The notes under the pieces were generated by a model, which did no database searches, had not been told where the DNA came from, and saw only the letters and a list, made by a program, of their open reading frames with translations. The translations under genes and the position numbers were made by a program. Shown here one piece after another: positions 20,801-34,700 of a DNA stretch of 64,000 nt; position 1 is the stretch's first letter, and each line of letters starts with the position of its first letter. The stretch lies in the NCBI RefSeq assembly GCF_000281045.1, contig NW_008246099.1, forward strand, positions 244,372-308,371, given 5' to 3'. The DNA comes from Saprolegnia diclina VS20. Its lineage: Eukaryota.

Positions 20801-22873
20801 GTCCAGCTCGCGCTCGGACGCAGGGCTCACGAGATCTTGGTACACAGAGCGGCTGTCCTCCGTGGCCATGTTGGAGACGTCGTCGCCAGCCTCGGACGTC
20901 AACGTCTCGGTCGCATCGTTATCGGCTGGGTTCATGAACGAGAAGAAGCTGTGGCCTGCCGGGCTCGAGACGTTGCTCACTGCTGCGAACCGGTCGGGCG
21001 ACGACGGTTCGCTGAACGCCACGTACCCGTCGTCGTCAGAAAGCCCGACGTCCTCGTACGCGTCGAGGTGCGACACGACCTGCGACACGGGACTCACTAG
21101 GTCTTGGTACACCGAGTGGCTGTCTTCCGTCGCAAAGTTGGACACATTGTCATTGTAGCCAAGCGTACCGGCGTCGTCGGTTGGAAGAACAGTTGTCTCG
21201 TCATCGGTGGCCGTTGTCGGCGCGCCCGCGTCGACCGACATCGCAGTCGATGTCGTAGAAATGGTGTCATCCTCGGCCGTCGCAAACGCGGCGGTGTCGA
21301 CCGAGGCAGTAGTCATAGTGGGCACGCCGACTCCGTCGTCGATGACTTCTGCTGCTTCGATGACGTCTGCTGCTTCGATGACTTCAGCTTCTTCGACGGC
21401 AACTTGGACGACGACTCCTGCCTCCTCGTCGTCGTCAATGGAGAACTGGCCCGCGGTAGCGTCGACAAGGTGCGTCGGTGCGGAAATGTTCTCGTCATCA
21501 CACCGCAGCGATGACACTTCCTCGGGCTCGAGAGCGGTGGTCAACGTCGGTTCTGGGACCTGATTGTCGTCGGTACTGTCGTGAGTGGCGTCATCATAGT
21601 GTACTTCATCCGCCGTTGCGGCCGGCTCGAGCGGTGCAGCGCCGTCGGTGTCGTGGTGAGCCGCATCGTGATCGGGTACTTGGTCGTGCAGGGTGTGCTC
21701 TTCGACAAGGTCTACGCCAGTGCTATCGCTGGACAGGGCGTTGATGGACTCCTTGCTCACGACCGCATCATCTATGACCGTACTGTCTTTGTCGTCCATG
21801 GTCAGAGGCGTCGGAGGCACCGCAGCGACGTCGTCGCCAACTGCAACGGCAGCAGGCGCATCGAGAACACTAGTGGCAGTGTCGGTCTCTTCGTCATCGT
21901 CGAGAAAGCCACCGACGTCCTCGCCGATGACCGGCGCTGATGCCAGGGCGCTGTCATCGCAAGGCGCACAGTCCGCCGTGACGACGCTGGCGTCACTGTA
22001 TGTTGCAGCCTCGAGGAAGCCATCAACATCGTTGCCGATCATCGTCGAAGCGTTGTCATCACTGGCGGCAGTCGCCACGTCGATCTCGCTGCTGTCTTGT
22101 TCGTCGGTCTCGATACCGACGTTGGTCGTCTCGTCGGGGGCTGCACCATCCTGGAAATCGCAGTCCATCGGGACGTTCAAAGTTGCTGCAAAGGAGAGCT
22201 CGGTCGTCTCGTCGGCGGCGGCAGGCGAGTCGGACACAACAAAGGTCGCTTCAATAGCCGACTCGTTGTGGACAGGCGACGGAATCTCAAAGGCGGACGG
22301 CGCCATGACGCTGGGTGCGTACTCGGGCTGTGACGGAAACGACGACGACGCACTGGGTAAGAGAATTCCTTGCGACGACGCGTCGGCCGCGAACGGATCG
22401 GGCCCTGCGGGCGCCGGCGAGTCGAGCGCGATAAAGTCGTAGGACGCCGTGGCTGGAGGCTGCGCGCGGGGCGAGTGGACCCAGAATTCGCGCAGATCGT
22501 CCGAGAAGTTGAGGTCGTGCGTGACGGGCGCGACCGTGGTCGCCGCCGGCTGCGAGAGACCGAGGAAATCGTCCCACATGCTCTCGCGCGCCGGAGCCGC
22601 GACCGGCGCGGCGTGACTGCTGCCTGTCGACATGAACTCGACGAGATCGTCGCCCCACGAGAGCCGCCCAGTCGTGGCGTCAGTGGCCGGCGCGCCAAAG
22701 GCGTCGGGCGCAGCGGCGCTTGGCGCCACCGAGTCCCATGTAGCCGTCGATGGCCCAAGGTCGCCCTGCAGCAGGTCGACCGATGCGTCTAATGGAGCCG
22801 TCAAGGCTGCGCTGGACTCGCCAAAGATGTCGTCGATGTCCTTGATCGCCGAGATCGTCGGGGCGTCCTCCAT
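17891..22873 (-). CDS. Large acidic disordered protein with endocytic/AP-1 adaptor-binding motifs (aftiphilin/synergin-like) and a folded C-terminal region; about 3 introns
   Basis: Long exon from MEDAPTISAIKDIDDIFG with WDDF, DDDFGDF, AFGDFGE, DDFASF and seven NPW motifs. It splices to exons at about 19023-19148, 18215-18977 and 17891-18183. Confidence 0.75.
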
Positions 22874-23434
22874 CGCCTCAGCCGCCTCAAGTGTCGGCGA
22901 TGAAGATGGTAATGATCCGGATACAACACCAACCATCCGGATAATCTTGCCGCGCCAACGCAACCCGAGTTCCGTTCATGGCGGCTGCGACACCGCCCAC
23001 GCTGGCGCGCAAGTCGATACAATAGGACTTAGACTGCGTTCGCTAGCAGTTGCTTCGTACGGGGGTCTGAGCATGCGCGAGCGACCTATCCGGGCAGCTG
23101 TAACTACTCGAGCACCACACCACGCATCGCGACAGTCGACCTCGAGACAACACCGTATTTTCAACGGCAGAGAGCGTCCCGGTGGGATCCTTGGCGATAT
23201 TACGTCGGCGTAGTGCTTTGAACACTGGTTGCTTGCTGCTCTATCGACTCATTCGAGTGCTCCTTGAGCTAGTTGACGTCATCGCTCCGCATCGCTGCTC
23301 GGCCACCGCCCGCAGGAAAAAGCGCTTGTGGTGCTGCCACGCGTAGCCGGATACGTGCCACTTGCGCAATCGTTTTATCCGGATGGCGGCTGATTGCGCA
23401 TTTGCTGGAAGATCGCAGCGTCCGTGGCGGATCA

Positions 23435-23448
23435 CCATTTCTGAATTC
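23435..23448 (+). promoter_or_regulatory. Inr-FPR-like core promoter of leuB
   Basis: CCATTTCTGAATTC ends 8 nt before the ATG at 23457. Confidence 0.55.
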
Positions 23449-23456
23449 GCTACACC

Positions 23457-24750
<1,294 letters not shown>

Positions 24751-24910
24751 CTACTCCTCATGAATACAACCTCCATATCCCCATCATCTACGCCACCCTT
24801 TCAGAAAGGCAGAAGAGAAGAGAAGACAGAGAACGCATTCAAGGGTGGCCGACGCTCCGTAGCGCGTCGCTCTTTGAGATGGAAGAGGTCGCCATACGCT
24901 TGTGCGTCAA

Positions 24911-26025
24911 CTATGCGGCCACCAAGAGGCCAAGGCGGTCCTTGTAATACTGCGCGTGGTCCGGGTCGATAGCTTGAAGCGTGTGGTACACTTCGACGCA
25001 GCGCGCAATCGACTCGTCGGCGCTATCCATCCATCCCGGTGAAGTCAATTCGACAGTGGAAGCAGCAAGAAGTACCTCTCTGCATCGTCAGCGCGCTCAA
25101 CGACTGCTTCCTTCTCGAGCACAAAGGCCAGCGTCACCTACACAGAGGATGGGTTTGAACAGCGCACCATGGGTGATCAAGGAAGGGCTACCAGCGCCAT
25201 CTTGGACTCGGGCTCGAGTTCCACGAGCTCTTCGATCCAGCTCACTTGCTCCTGGAGCAGTTCGTGCAGCGTCATGTGCATGCCATGGTCGTCGTCAAAC
25301 TCATTGTCAATCGCGGGGTCGTTCGTGTGGTCGTTGGACGGCGGCGACTTGATGAGCGACTCGACGACCCACCGGTAGTAGAACCAGTTGCTTTGGTCGT
25401 CCGGCTCGGTAAAGACCGCTTGCTTGACGAGCTCGATCTCCATCATGGCGACTTCGAGCGGCAGCGGCGACGGCAGCACGAGCGTGCGTTGCTGGAAAGC
25501 CGAGTAGTTGCTAAAGTTTTGCTCAATCTTGGTCATTGTGAACGCCAGCACGTCGTCGAGGGGCGTCTTGGCCACGCGCGTCACGACGCGGCGGTAGTTC
25601 CAACAGTGGAAGTTGCGCTCGTCCTTGTTCAGAAGGAGGTCGCAGAGCCGCAGCTCCGTTGGGAGGTCGGCCATGCCCTGCTTGACGAGCCACTCGCGCT
25701 GGAACCACGCCGAGTAGCTCTTTGGGTTCTTCATGAGCGCCTCCTGCGTCAAGGCGCACTCGGCCTCGCCAAGCGCTTGCTTGGCGCTCGCATCGGCCGC
25801 GATCAAGTGCTCGATCGTCGCCCGGCGATACGCCCACACGATCCAAAATTCGGGGTTGAGCGCGACCACGTACGCCGACAGCTGCAGCGACGCCACGTCA
25901 AACTGCCGCGCCTTCTTCAGGGCCATGACTTGCGCCGAGACCTCCTTGTACTTGGCGACGAGCGCGACCATCGCGGCCTCTTCCTCGGGCGTCTGCGCCA
26001 CGTCCGACTTGCGGATCCCGTGCAT
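24911..26025 (-). CDS. RABGGTA: Rab geranylgeranyltransferase alpha subunit (2 introns near the 3' end)
   Basis: MHGIRK start and PPTA repeats (NPEFWIVWAYRR, NPKSYSAWFQREW, DERNFHCWNYRR, NFSNYSAFQQR, EPDDQSNWFYYRW). The spliced end reads LQAIDPDHAQYYKDRLGLLVAA*. Confidence 0.92.
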
Positions 26026-26106
26026 GTTGCAAAAATATGGCATTGCAGCGAGCCAAATCAGGATGCCCGGACCCTAATGTCCTAATTAGGCTATTTTGAA
26101 CCAGGC

Positions 26107-26724
26107 ATGCTCTCGTCGGGTGCGCGGCTCGCTGCCAGGGAGAGCACCAAGGACGACGGGTCGCTCGCCCGCCCCGGGTACCTCGCGCAGCTCGTGGCTG
26201 AGTGCACAGCAACGACGACGCCGCCCGATGCCAAGCTCCAGTGTGTGGCCCACCTCGCCAACTTTGGCTACGACCCGATCAACTACATGCATCTGCTGCG
26301 CTTGAACGTCCTGGACCTCTTTGTCGATGTGCTGGACGAGGCCCTGCAATCGCCATCGGCAACCGAGATGACAACGTCGTTTGCACGCTTGGCGATGCAA
26401 GGGATCTGCAACGTGGCGGCCGACCCACGGTTTCAGGTCTTGCTCATGCAGAACGATGCACTGCCATTGGTCGTCGCCGCTAGTCAAGTCGAGGACAAGG
26501 CGACCCGCGTGTCAGGTCTCACAACGCTCTTCTTCCTCCTCGATGCACCGCCCAACGTCGTGCCCGAGGCTGCGCTGCGCAAGGACGCGTCCATCCACGC
26601 GGTTGTCGCGGTTGCGGCTCGGGCATCCGAGACGGTGATCGCCAACACGGGGCAGGCCTTTCTCTCGCGTTGCGCTGAGCTTGCGGCCGACGACGCTCTC
26701 GACGAGGCTGCCATGGCGCGATAG
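26107..26724 (+). CDS. ARMC7: Armadillo repeat-containing protein 7
   Basis: R..YLAQLVAE...AKLQCVAHLANFGYDPINYMHLLRLNVLDLFVD...GICNVAADP, the ARMC7 signature (LANFAYDP.N). Confidence 0.88.
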   Translation: MLSSGARLAARESTKDDGSLARPGYLAQLVAECTATTTPPDAKLQCVAHLANFGYDPINYMHLLRLNVLDLFVDVLDEALQSPSATEMTTSFARLAMQGICNVAADPRFQVLLMQNDALPLVVAASQVEDKATRVSGLTTLFFLLDAPPNVVPEAALRKDASIHAVVAVAARASETVIANTGQAFLSRCAELAADDALDEAAMAR

Positions 26725-26783
26725 CAACATGCAAAGGTGTTATTTACACGCGAATATAGCAGCACTGTACAAAAACGGCTTGT

Positions 26784-27290
26784 TTACTCTTCCAAGTCGG
26801 GCAAGTCGTCGTCGTCCGAGTCCTCGTCGTCCATGCCATCGGGCATCATGCCGGCGCCCTGCTGGGCCATCATCTGGTTGATGTCAAAGCCACCGCCGCC
26901 GCTGAGGGCGCTCATGTCAAAGCCTTGGTCGTCTTCGGCGTCGTCTTCGTCGACGTACTTGTTCCAGTCGACCTTGACGTTAGTCTTCTCGAGCGTCTTG
27001 TCCTTGAGAAGGTGCGGCCAAAACTCGGCCTCCTTGTCCTTCTTGAGGATGTAGAAGTGCACGTTGCGCGCCGTCGTCGCCCACTTGGACTCCTTCGCGG
27101 CCGTGTCCACTTCGTGCATAAAGTCCAGCGTCACCTCGTACTTTTGCTGGTTGCTCACGCCCGTAAACTTGAGGCTCGTGTTGGTCAAGGTGACCTTCTC
27201 GTCCTTGACGTCCGGGAGGTCGATCGTCACGTAGAGCGAGTCGGCGCGCTGCGCCCACTTGACGGGCGCCCACAAGGTCGTTTGGGTCAT
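26784..27290 (-). CDS. Hsp90 co-chaperone p23 (Sba1/Wos2/PTGES3 family)
   Basis: VKWAQRADSLYVTIDLPD...FWPHLLKDK...VKVDWNKYVDEDD, then a Gly/Met-rich acidic tail ending DDDDLPDLEE. Confidence 0.95.
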   Translation of the reverse strand: MTQTTLWAPVKWAQRADSLYVTIDLPDVKDEKVTLTNTSLKFTGVSNQQKYEVTLDFMHEVDTAAKESKWATTARNVHFYILKKDKEAEFWPHLLKDKTLEKTNVKVDWNKYVDEDDAEDDQGFDMSALSGGGGFDINQMMAQQGAGMMPDGMDDEDSDDDDLPDLEE

Positions 27291-27685
27291 TGGAATTGAC
27301 TTGAATACTGACGCCACCTCACCACCGACCGAACCAGGTTTTTTCCAGAAGCCAAGTCCGGATCCGGATAAAGCAACTGAAAGATCGCAACACAGTCGCA
27401 GGGACAAGTCAACCCGCTGGTTGCATGGACGGGCCAGTGACGCTGAGGCACGCGCACGACCTGGCACGAGCGTACTTGAATGGCCAGTACTGTCGTCCTG
27501 GTCATTGCCGACGCCATTAGCTGCCGGTGGTGCCACATCCGGCGGGCGGAAGTATCTCGGCGCATCATGCCATAGCCTTCGCGAACGTGCTTTGATGGCC
27601 GCCGACCATCACGATGCTAGACTGTCTCTTCATGCAGCAAGACCAAGTCAAGGACAAGCAAGTCATTATTGAAACAGAGGGTGGC

Positions 27686-29140
27686 TTAGACGAGCACGAT
27701 GCGGCGCATGCTCGACGATGACGGGGGCGTAATGTACTGGACGCGCTGCGCAGCGAGATGCCAGTTGAGGCGGGCAATGGCGACGCAGAGTAAGAGGGCT
27801 TGGATTGTCTCGGCACAGCCGATCGCATACCAAAAGCCGGTAAGGCCCCATGCAAGCGAAATGGGCATGAAGACACAGAGCGGAATGAGCACGCAGATGC
27901 GGCCGAGCACCGAGACGATCGCGACCACGTCGCCCATGGCTAGCGCAACGAGGGCACCGCCGAGCAAGGCGCGGGCGAGCGTCGCCGCGACGCCAAACAC
28001 AAACACGTCCAGTGCATTAGCGCAGAGCGCTTGCACCGTCACATCGCGCGTCCAGAGCGAGACAATCGCGGTCTGCAATGGCAGCAAAAGACTGAGCAGC
28101 ACGAGCGTCGCGCCGCCAACGACGACGGTCCCGAGCGAGAGCACGCGCCGGGCACTGCGCGCGCAGCCTTGACCAAGGTACCGCGTCATGCGCGCTTGCG
28201 TCGCGGCGGCAGCGCCGTGGATGACAGCCGAGATGACGCCAAAGAGGCCGAGGAGGATTGCGTGCGCGGCGGCAACAGGGTACCCGAGGTAGCCCGAGAG
28301 CGTGCCCATGAGCGTCAACGGCACATAGTCCATGGCGGCGGCGGCGCCCGACGGCACGGCGAGCGCCGCAAACGTGAGAAAGTAGTCGTGCTCGATGCAA
28401 GCCCACGACCAGCCGCCCCAAAACTTGGCATGATACCGCTTCCACAGCAGCGTGTACGCGGCAAAGACGCCGAGACGAAAGACGGTGCTCACCGCGCCGG
28501 CCATGGCTGCGCCAGCAACACCATACGCGGGCACGAGCAGTAGCGTCGCCGCCAGATGCACCAACACCGCCGCAAAGCTCGCGACCGTTGTGGGTACAAC
28601 GACGTGGTGCGTGTCAAAAAAGGCCGCAAGTGCACAAAAGAGGTAGTCGGGCACGACGCCGAGGCTGGCCACTTGGGCGTACGTACGCCCGAGGCGCACG
28701 GTCGCCGCGTCGTCGACCGAGAGGCCGATCATGTCGCCGACAAAGTAGTGCCACAGCATCACGGGGATGGCGCCGACGAGGGCAAAGACCAAGGATGTTT
28801 GCAGCCACGTGCCAAGGAGCACGTTGTAGCCGGCGCCCTTGGCCTGTGCGCAGAGCTTGGTCACGACCGCGATCGCCGCGTGCATAAAGGCCGTCGGTAG
28901 ACCGATCCACGCTTGGGCGAGCGCGGCGGCCGCGAGCTCGCGCGTGCCCAGATGCCCAAGCACCGCCGCCGTGATGAGCGTGAGGAGGTGCCGCGGCAAG
29001 CTGCGCACCGAGAGGCGCAGTGCGAGGAGACTCACGGCGCCGAATTCACGATGCAAAGGTAGCACGACGTGCGGTTGGATGCCATCTTCGTACTGGAACG
29101 GCGCGGGTGGACTTATGAGCGTCGAGGCTTCGGACGCCAT
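27686..29140 (-). CDS. MATE efflux transporter (MATE-1), intronless
   Basis: VLGHLGTRELAAAALA, LCAQAKGAG...GTWLQ, YHAKFWGGWS, RMTRYLGQG, WGLTGFW; about 12 hydrophobic segments. Confidence 0.93.
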   Translation of the reverse strand: MASEASTLISPPAPFQYEDGIQPHVVLPLHREFGAVSLLALRLSVRSLPRHLLTLITAAVLGHLGTRELAAAALAQAWIGLPTAFMHAAIAVVTKLCAQAKGAGYNVLLGTWLQTSLVFALVGAIPVMLWHYFVGDMIGLSVDDAATVRLGRTYAQVASLGVVPDYLFCALAAFFDTHHVVVPTTVASFAAVLVHLAATLLLVPAYGVAGAAMAGAVSTVFRLGVFAAYTLLWKRYHAKFWGGWSWACIEHDYFLTFAALAVPSGAAAAMDYVPLTLMGTLSGYLGYPVAAAHAILLGLFGVISAVIHGAAAATQARMTRYLGQGCARSARRVLSLGTVVVGGATLVLLSLLLPLQTAIVSLWTRDVTVQALCANALDVFVFGVAATLARALLGGALVALAMGDVVAIVSVLGRICVLIPLCVFMPISLAWGLTGFWYAIGCAETIQALLLCVAIARLNWHLAAQRVQYITPPSSSSMRRIVLV

Positions 29141-29954
29141 GAGGGTGTCGAGAACGAATATGTGCCAAAATGAAGTGCTGGGAACGGGTCGCAGCCAATC
29201 GGCATCGCCCAGATGGCTACGGACTGCTGCACGAAACACGCACAAGCAGCCTATCAAGGCACACCGGCTGCCACGTTCGCGCCAAGTTGCAAGTTGATAC
29301 ACCAAGTTGGCGCGCGATTCGATCGCCGCCACGTGGTGGCTTGTCGCGCCGCCACGAATTCAGTCGACTTGGGTCCTGCAGCATTGACTAATTGACCGAG
29401 TTGACTCGTCTTTCGATTCCTGTCTCGTACACTTGTAGTCGCAATGTCTCTGTCTCGTACCGCGGATGCTGCAAAGTGATGCGCTCACTCTGTGACGCCT
29501 GCAGGCTGCCACGTCAGATCGTCCCGGAATCGCCACACAGCATCCATCGAACCAACTGGGTTACACATGTGGCATGTGCCACCTTTAGAGACCTAAAAAA
29601 GGCGTTTGCCATAAATAGATAGGGGTGTTGAAGCGTGGCGTTCACTAAAAACCTGAGGAAACCGACTTCAACATCATGAGTCACTATGTGACATACAAAA
29701 TGCGAGTATTGTGAAGATGTCATTATTCAGCGGTTGTTCAAGTCGGGTACATTGGCGGTGAGTGGGCTTGGTGGGACTGCACCACCGGGGATCCACGGGT
29801 CGATTCAAAACAAATTTTTAAATATATCGTTTTGTTTGTATGCAAGTCGTTGAAAATGAATATTAATATGCATCGTGACGATTAAAACCAAAGATCGCCA
29901 CTTGCTTCAACGTGGCACGAGCGCATTGCCAGTTTGCCTTTTCACCGCTAAGAA

Positions 29955-31665
29955 ATGACAGCCAAGAAGAACTCGAGCGAGCACTCGTCGCTCCTCAAGG
30001 CCGAGGTGGAGATGTATGGTACGACGGACAAGAAGACGGACGATGCATCGTCGCCGGTCGTCCCGATGCCCGACGCCATGATCCCCGTGAGCCAAGAGAT
30101 CCGCGAGCTCACGAGCATGGCCGTCCAGCTCTCGATGCGGCAGATGGTGCGTCAAGCCATGACGCTCACGGACGCGGCCTTCCAGGGCCACATTGGCACC
30201 AAGCAGCTCGCCGGCGTCGCGCTCGCTGGCATGTGGATGGGCGTGCCGTCCGCCTTTATCCAGTACTCGATCCAAGCGATCCCAACGTTATGCGGTCAAG
30301 CATACGGCGCTGGCAACAAGGTGCTCGTGGGCATTTGGCTGCAAACGGCCGTCGTCTTTGCGATCGTGACGTGCATCCCGGTCATGATCTACTACATGTT
30401 TGTTGGGCGCATGATTGCCTTGACGATGGACGACGCCGAGACCGTACGACGCTCGTTCGCAAGGGCGAGACTCTCATTGCAATGGCTAGGTCTTCTACGG
30501 CAGTGAGTTTGCCAAGGTCATGGCGCTCGGCTTGATCCCGCAGTTCATCTACAACGCGTGCGCGTCCTACTTTGCAGCCCAAGGCATCATCATGCCGGCG
30601 ACCTTGTGCAGCGGCACGACGATGCTGCTCAACATCTTCTTCAACCAGCTCTTCATTTACGGCGGCTTTGGCTACGACGGTCTTGGCTTCATCGGGTCGC
30701 CGATCGCGACCGTCACGAGCACGTACCTCCAGCTCATTCTCTTCCTCCTCTACACAGTCGTGTGGAAGAAGTACCATGTCGACTACTGGGGCGGCTGGTC
30801 CACCGAGTGCCTCAAGCGCGAGCGGATCAAGATCTTCCTCTCGCTCGCTGTGCCCATGGGCATGTCGTCGGTCGTCGACTGGAGCTCGGCGGCCGTCGCG
30901 TCGGCCTTCTCGGGCTTCCTCGGGCCGCAGATTGCGGCCGCCATGTCGGTGCTCAACGGCATCTATGGCGTCGCCAACTCGTGCGTCTCGGGCTTCTCGA
31001 TCTCGACGCAGATCCGCATGAGCCGGTACCTTGGCCAGGGCCACGCGGTGGCCGCGAAGCGCGTCTTGCTGCTCGGCGCGCGCATCGTCATGTGCTCGGC
31101 GCTCGTGCTCATGACGACCGTGTACTTCCTGCGCAACTTTCTCTTCCGCGTCTGGAGCAACGACCCCGAGATCAACGAGCTCTGCGCGTCGTCGCTCGTG
31201 TTTTTCATCCTCTGCGTCATGGTCGCCTTTGGCCGCTTCCTCCTCACGGCGTCGATGAACGCACTCTCGATGGCCGACGTCAACCTCGTCGCCAACAACA
31301 TTGCGTCGTGGTGCATCTACGTGCCGTTGAGCTACCTCTTGCCCATCACGCTGGCCATGGGCATTGATGGCTTTTGGATTGCCGATACGCTCGGCGAAAT
31401 GTTCAAGTTCGTGGTTTTGGCGTTGGGTCTCCTCCGTGTCGACTGGCAAGCGCGCGCCGAGCAGGCCATGGTCGCGGCCGAGAAGCCCGACATGATGCGG
31501 CCGGACGAGGAAGAGACGCGCGAGCTGGTGGCGTACAGCAACGAAGCACTGACGCCCGGCAGCGGCCGGTCGCCGTCCGTGGCCTTTACGACGCGCACAC
31601 CGCACACGCCGACGCTCATGCAGCGCGCCATGTCGCTCACGCCCAAGCGCACCAAGCACATCTAG
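29955..31665 (+). CDS. MATE efflux transporter (MATE-2), one intron at about 30444-30489
   Basis: FQGHIGTKQLAGVALA, LCGQAYGAGN, GLGFIGSPIAT, RMSRYLGQG, MGIDGFW. An Inr-FPR-like GCATTGCCAGTTTG lies at 29923-29936. Confidence 0.95.
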
Positions 31666-31721
31666 TTGTCTACATCTTCCAACGTGTTGATCTCGAAACA
31701 ACCGCGTTCTTATTTGTGTGG

Positions 31722-34700
31722 CTACACGGGTGCTTCCGGCTCTATCGGTAGCAGCGGTGTCCATGCCCCGTTGACGTCACTGGCGGTAGGCAGCGCGACC
31801 TTGGTCGACTCGTAGCGTCGGTCCGTCGGCGTCTCGTCACGAGGTGGTACCATGGGTGACAAGAGTTTGGTTGAGCCCCGGTCGTCCGTCGGTGACACGA
31901 CCGTCGGCGCGAGGAGCCCGCGCTTGGATGAAAACAGCCGCGACTGCGACAGAAGCTTGACTGGCAGCCTGCGTCGGGAGGATGCTTCCGTCGACGCTGT
32001 CCCATTGGCGTTGGTTCGGTGGGCGCCCGACAGCTTGCGCCGGGGTTTCCGCCCCGGTAGGAAGGCCACAAACGTGGCCTCGGACGACGTGCCGGAGGGT
32101 GGCTTGGCGCTAAAGATGCTTCGAAGCCCGAGGAGCCGAATCGCGTTGCTGGCCTTTTCACGCGCGGCTTCGGCGGCCATTATCTGCGCCGCAAGGGCTT
32201 TAGCCACGCGGACGTACGACTCGACTTGGTCGGCGAGCGGCGTCTTGGGCGGCGTCGGGCGCTGCTTGAAGGGCACGACGTGCGACGACCGAAACGGCAA
32301 CTTGGACAAGCGCGGGAAATGCAGTTGCTGCAGAAAGGCCGGCACGCGCCACTTGGTCTTCTTGGGCCGACCACTAAGAAGGTGCTCGTAGATGGCGACC
32401 GTCACCTGAAAGTGCTCGATCGCGGCTGTCCACTCGGACTTTTGAATCATGACAAGCCCCGTGAGGTACTCGATCTTGCACTGATGCAACGTGATGGCTT
32501 CGTCGTTCGACGACTGCTGAAGCGACGGCCCACGCGACAGAAGTAGCGCCGAGTACCGGTCGCTCGCGCTGGCCAACGCCGACTGCCGGCCACTCGACCC
32601 GCTGAGCGCCGACCCCGCTGCCGCCGTGTCGGTCAGCGCCAGGACGTCACCGGCGGCCGTGAGACATGTAAGGGCAAAGTCTGAGACGCCGCGCAAGAGG
32701 GCTTCTTCGGCACCGCGGCAGTAGTAGTCCATTGCATCCGTATACATGCGGCAGCGCGACTGATGGTACGCGAGGTGGTTGTAGTACTGGAAGCGCGGTA
32801 GGCGGTGGCTGGGCACTTCGCATTCGAACCAGTTGGCAAACACCTTGTGGATGACCTCGCGCTGCGACGGCAGCATGACGTTGTAAACGACGGCGCGGGC
32901 TTCGGACGACGTAAACTCGATCGTCTCGTTGTGCTTGTCGAGCTTGAGGATACCGGCAAGTTCGAGCGGACCGAGGCCGTTGAGCGCTTGCAGCGTCACG
33001 GTTTGCGCAAGCAACCGCGTCGAGCCGCCATCGGCGCTGCCGTCACAGGACGCCTTTGGCGCAAAACTGCTGTCGGCCTCCAAATCGAACACCTTTCGTA
33101 GCACAAACGAGAGGCAGTCGAGCGAAACGTACTCGAGGCCGACGCTGGCAATGCGCAAGGCGAGCTGCGAGATCATCGAGAGCGAGTCGTAGTGGTACGT
33201 GACTTTGGCGCGCGTTTGCACCGACACCTCCATGTCGACGTCGTGGATGTCCTTGTGAACGTGGCAGACGCCGCGCGTGACGTCAATCTCGATGGCTTCG
33301 ACTTCGAGGAGCCGCTCCATGAGTGTGATCGTGTCCCGCGGGTTGCCGTGCGCGCGGCTGTGCACAAACTCGAGCAAGTACGAGTTCATGATGGCGATGC
33401 CGTACCGATGACTGAGAAAGAGCGACGTGTCTCGAAGACTCAAATTGCTCAGCTCCCATCGGAAGGTCACGGGCGCAATCTCGAGCTTCTTGAACGCGTC
33501 GTGGGTCGGCGTTGCGTCCGTGCGGTGCGCCACCACCACCGAGATGTGGCTCGAGACGGTCACGGCGGTCGCGAGGAGGTCCCAACTTTGCCCGTCGACC
33601 CACTGCGCGTCGTCGACGACAAAGAGAAGCGGGCGACTCATCGACGCTTGCTGGAGGATCGCGACGACCATCACGATAAGCTCCTTGAGCAGCGCGTCCT
33701 TGTTCGCGGCAAGCGCGAGGGTATAGTTGTTCTCGGGAAAGCAGTGCGGAATAAAAAAGTTGAGCAATGGCAGCAGCTCGGGCGAGAGCTTCCCCGACTG
33801 CACGATCGAGTTGACGAACGCCAGGCCGCTGCCGAGCGCGACGGATTGGTCGATGCGCACAGACGAGACGAGTGACTCGACGCGCGACCGATCGACGTCG
33901 TCGTCGTCCTCGTCGTCGTCCTCGTCGTCGTCTTCTTCGTCGTCGTTGGCGCCGTCGTTCTTGCCCGCGACGGTACCCGGCAACCGCGCTTTGTCCGTGT
34001 TGACAACAATGACATCAGTTGCGCGACTGACTGCCGTCGGTGCTATGGAGTTGGTCCGCCACGACACACCACGAGTGAGTGTGTTTAACGTCAAGGTCCG
34101 CGTGCTACTGGCTGGTGCGAGCGCCCGGCCGCTGCCATTCGGTGATCGGTCGGGGCGAGCAGCGTTGTTGTGATCGAGCACCGAGAGCCGACGCCCGAGG
34201 ACGACGAATCCAGCGTCCGACTCTTGAACGCCGTGGGCCTTGACACGGTGCGTGCCGCAGATGATGGTGCTCATGAGCTTCTTCCAAATGTACAACGGTG
34301 TGTTCTTCTCGACCGAGTCCCCGGCAGCGTAGACGACATTGGGGTGGACTTTGTTCAAATGGCGCAAGAGGCATGACTTGCCGACACCGGTGGGCCCCCG
34401 AAGTAAAATGAGCTGCTTCTGCAGCGGGTCAAGGATTTGTCCCGACGACAGTTGTAGCGAGTCGGTCGACTGAAACCGAGCCGCAAAGCCTTGAATGCGC
34501 TTGATGACGTTGTCGTAAATGTCGGGCGACAAGAAGATCTCTTCGTGGTCGAGCGGGTGCGCCTTGTTGTCGGTAGTCGCATCTCGGAAGACGCGAAAGA
34601 CGGCGATCGTCGTGCCTTTACCCTTGACGAGCACCTGCGACCCTTGGCCAAACTCAAAGAGCGTTGCTGTCGCCGACTGCGTCGCTTCGTCGCAGAGGAT

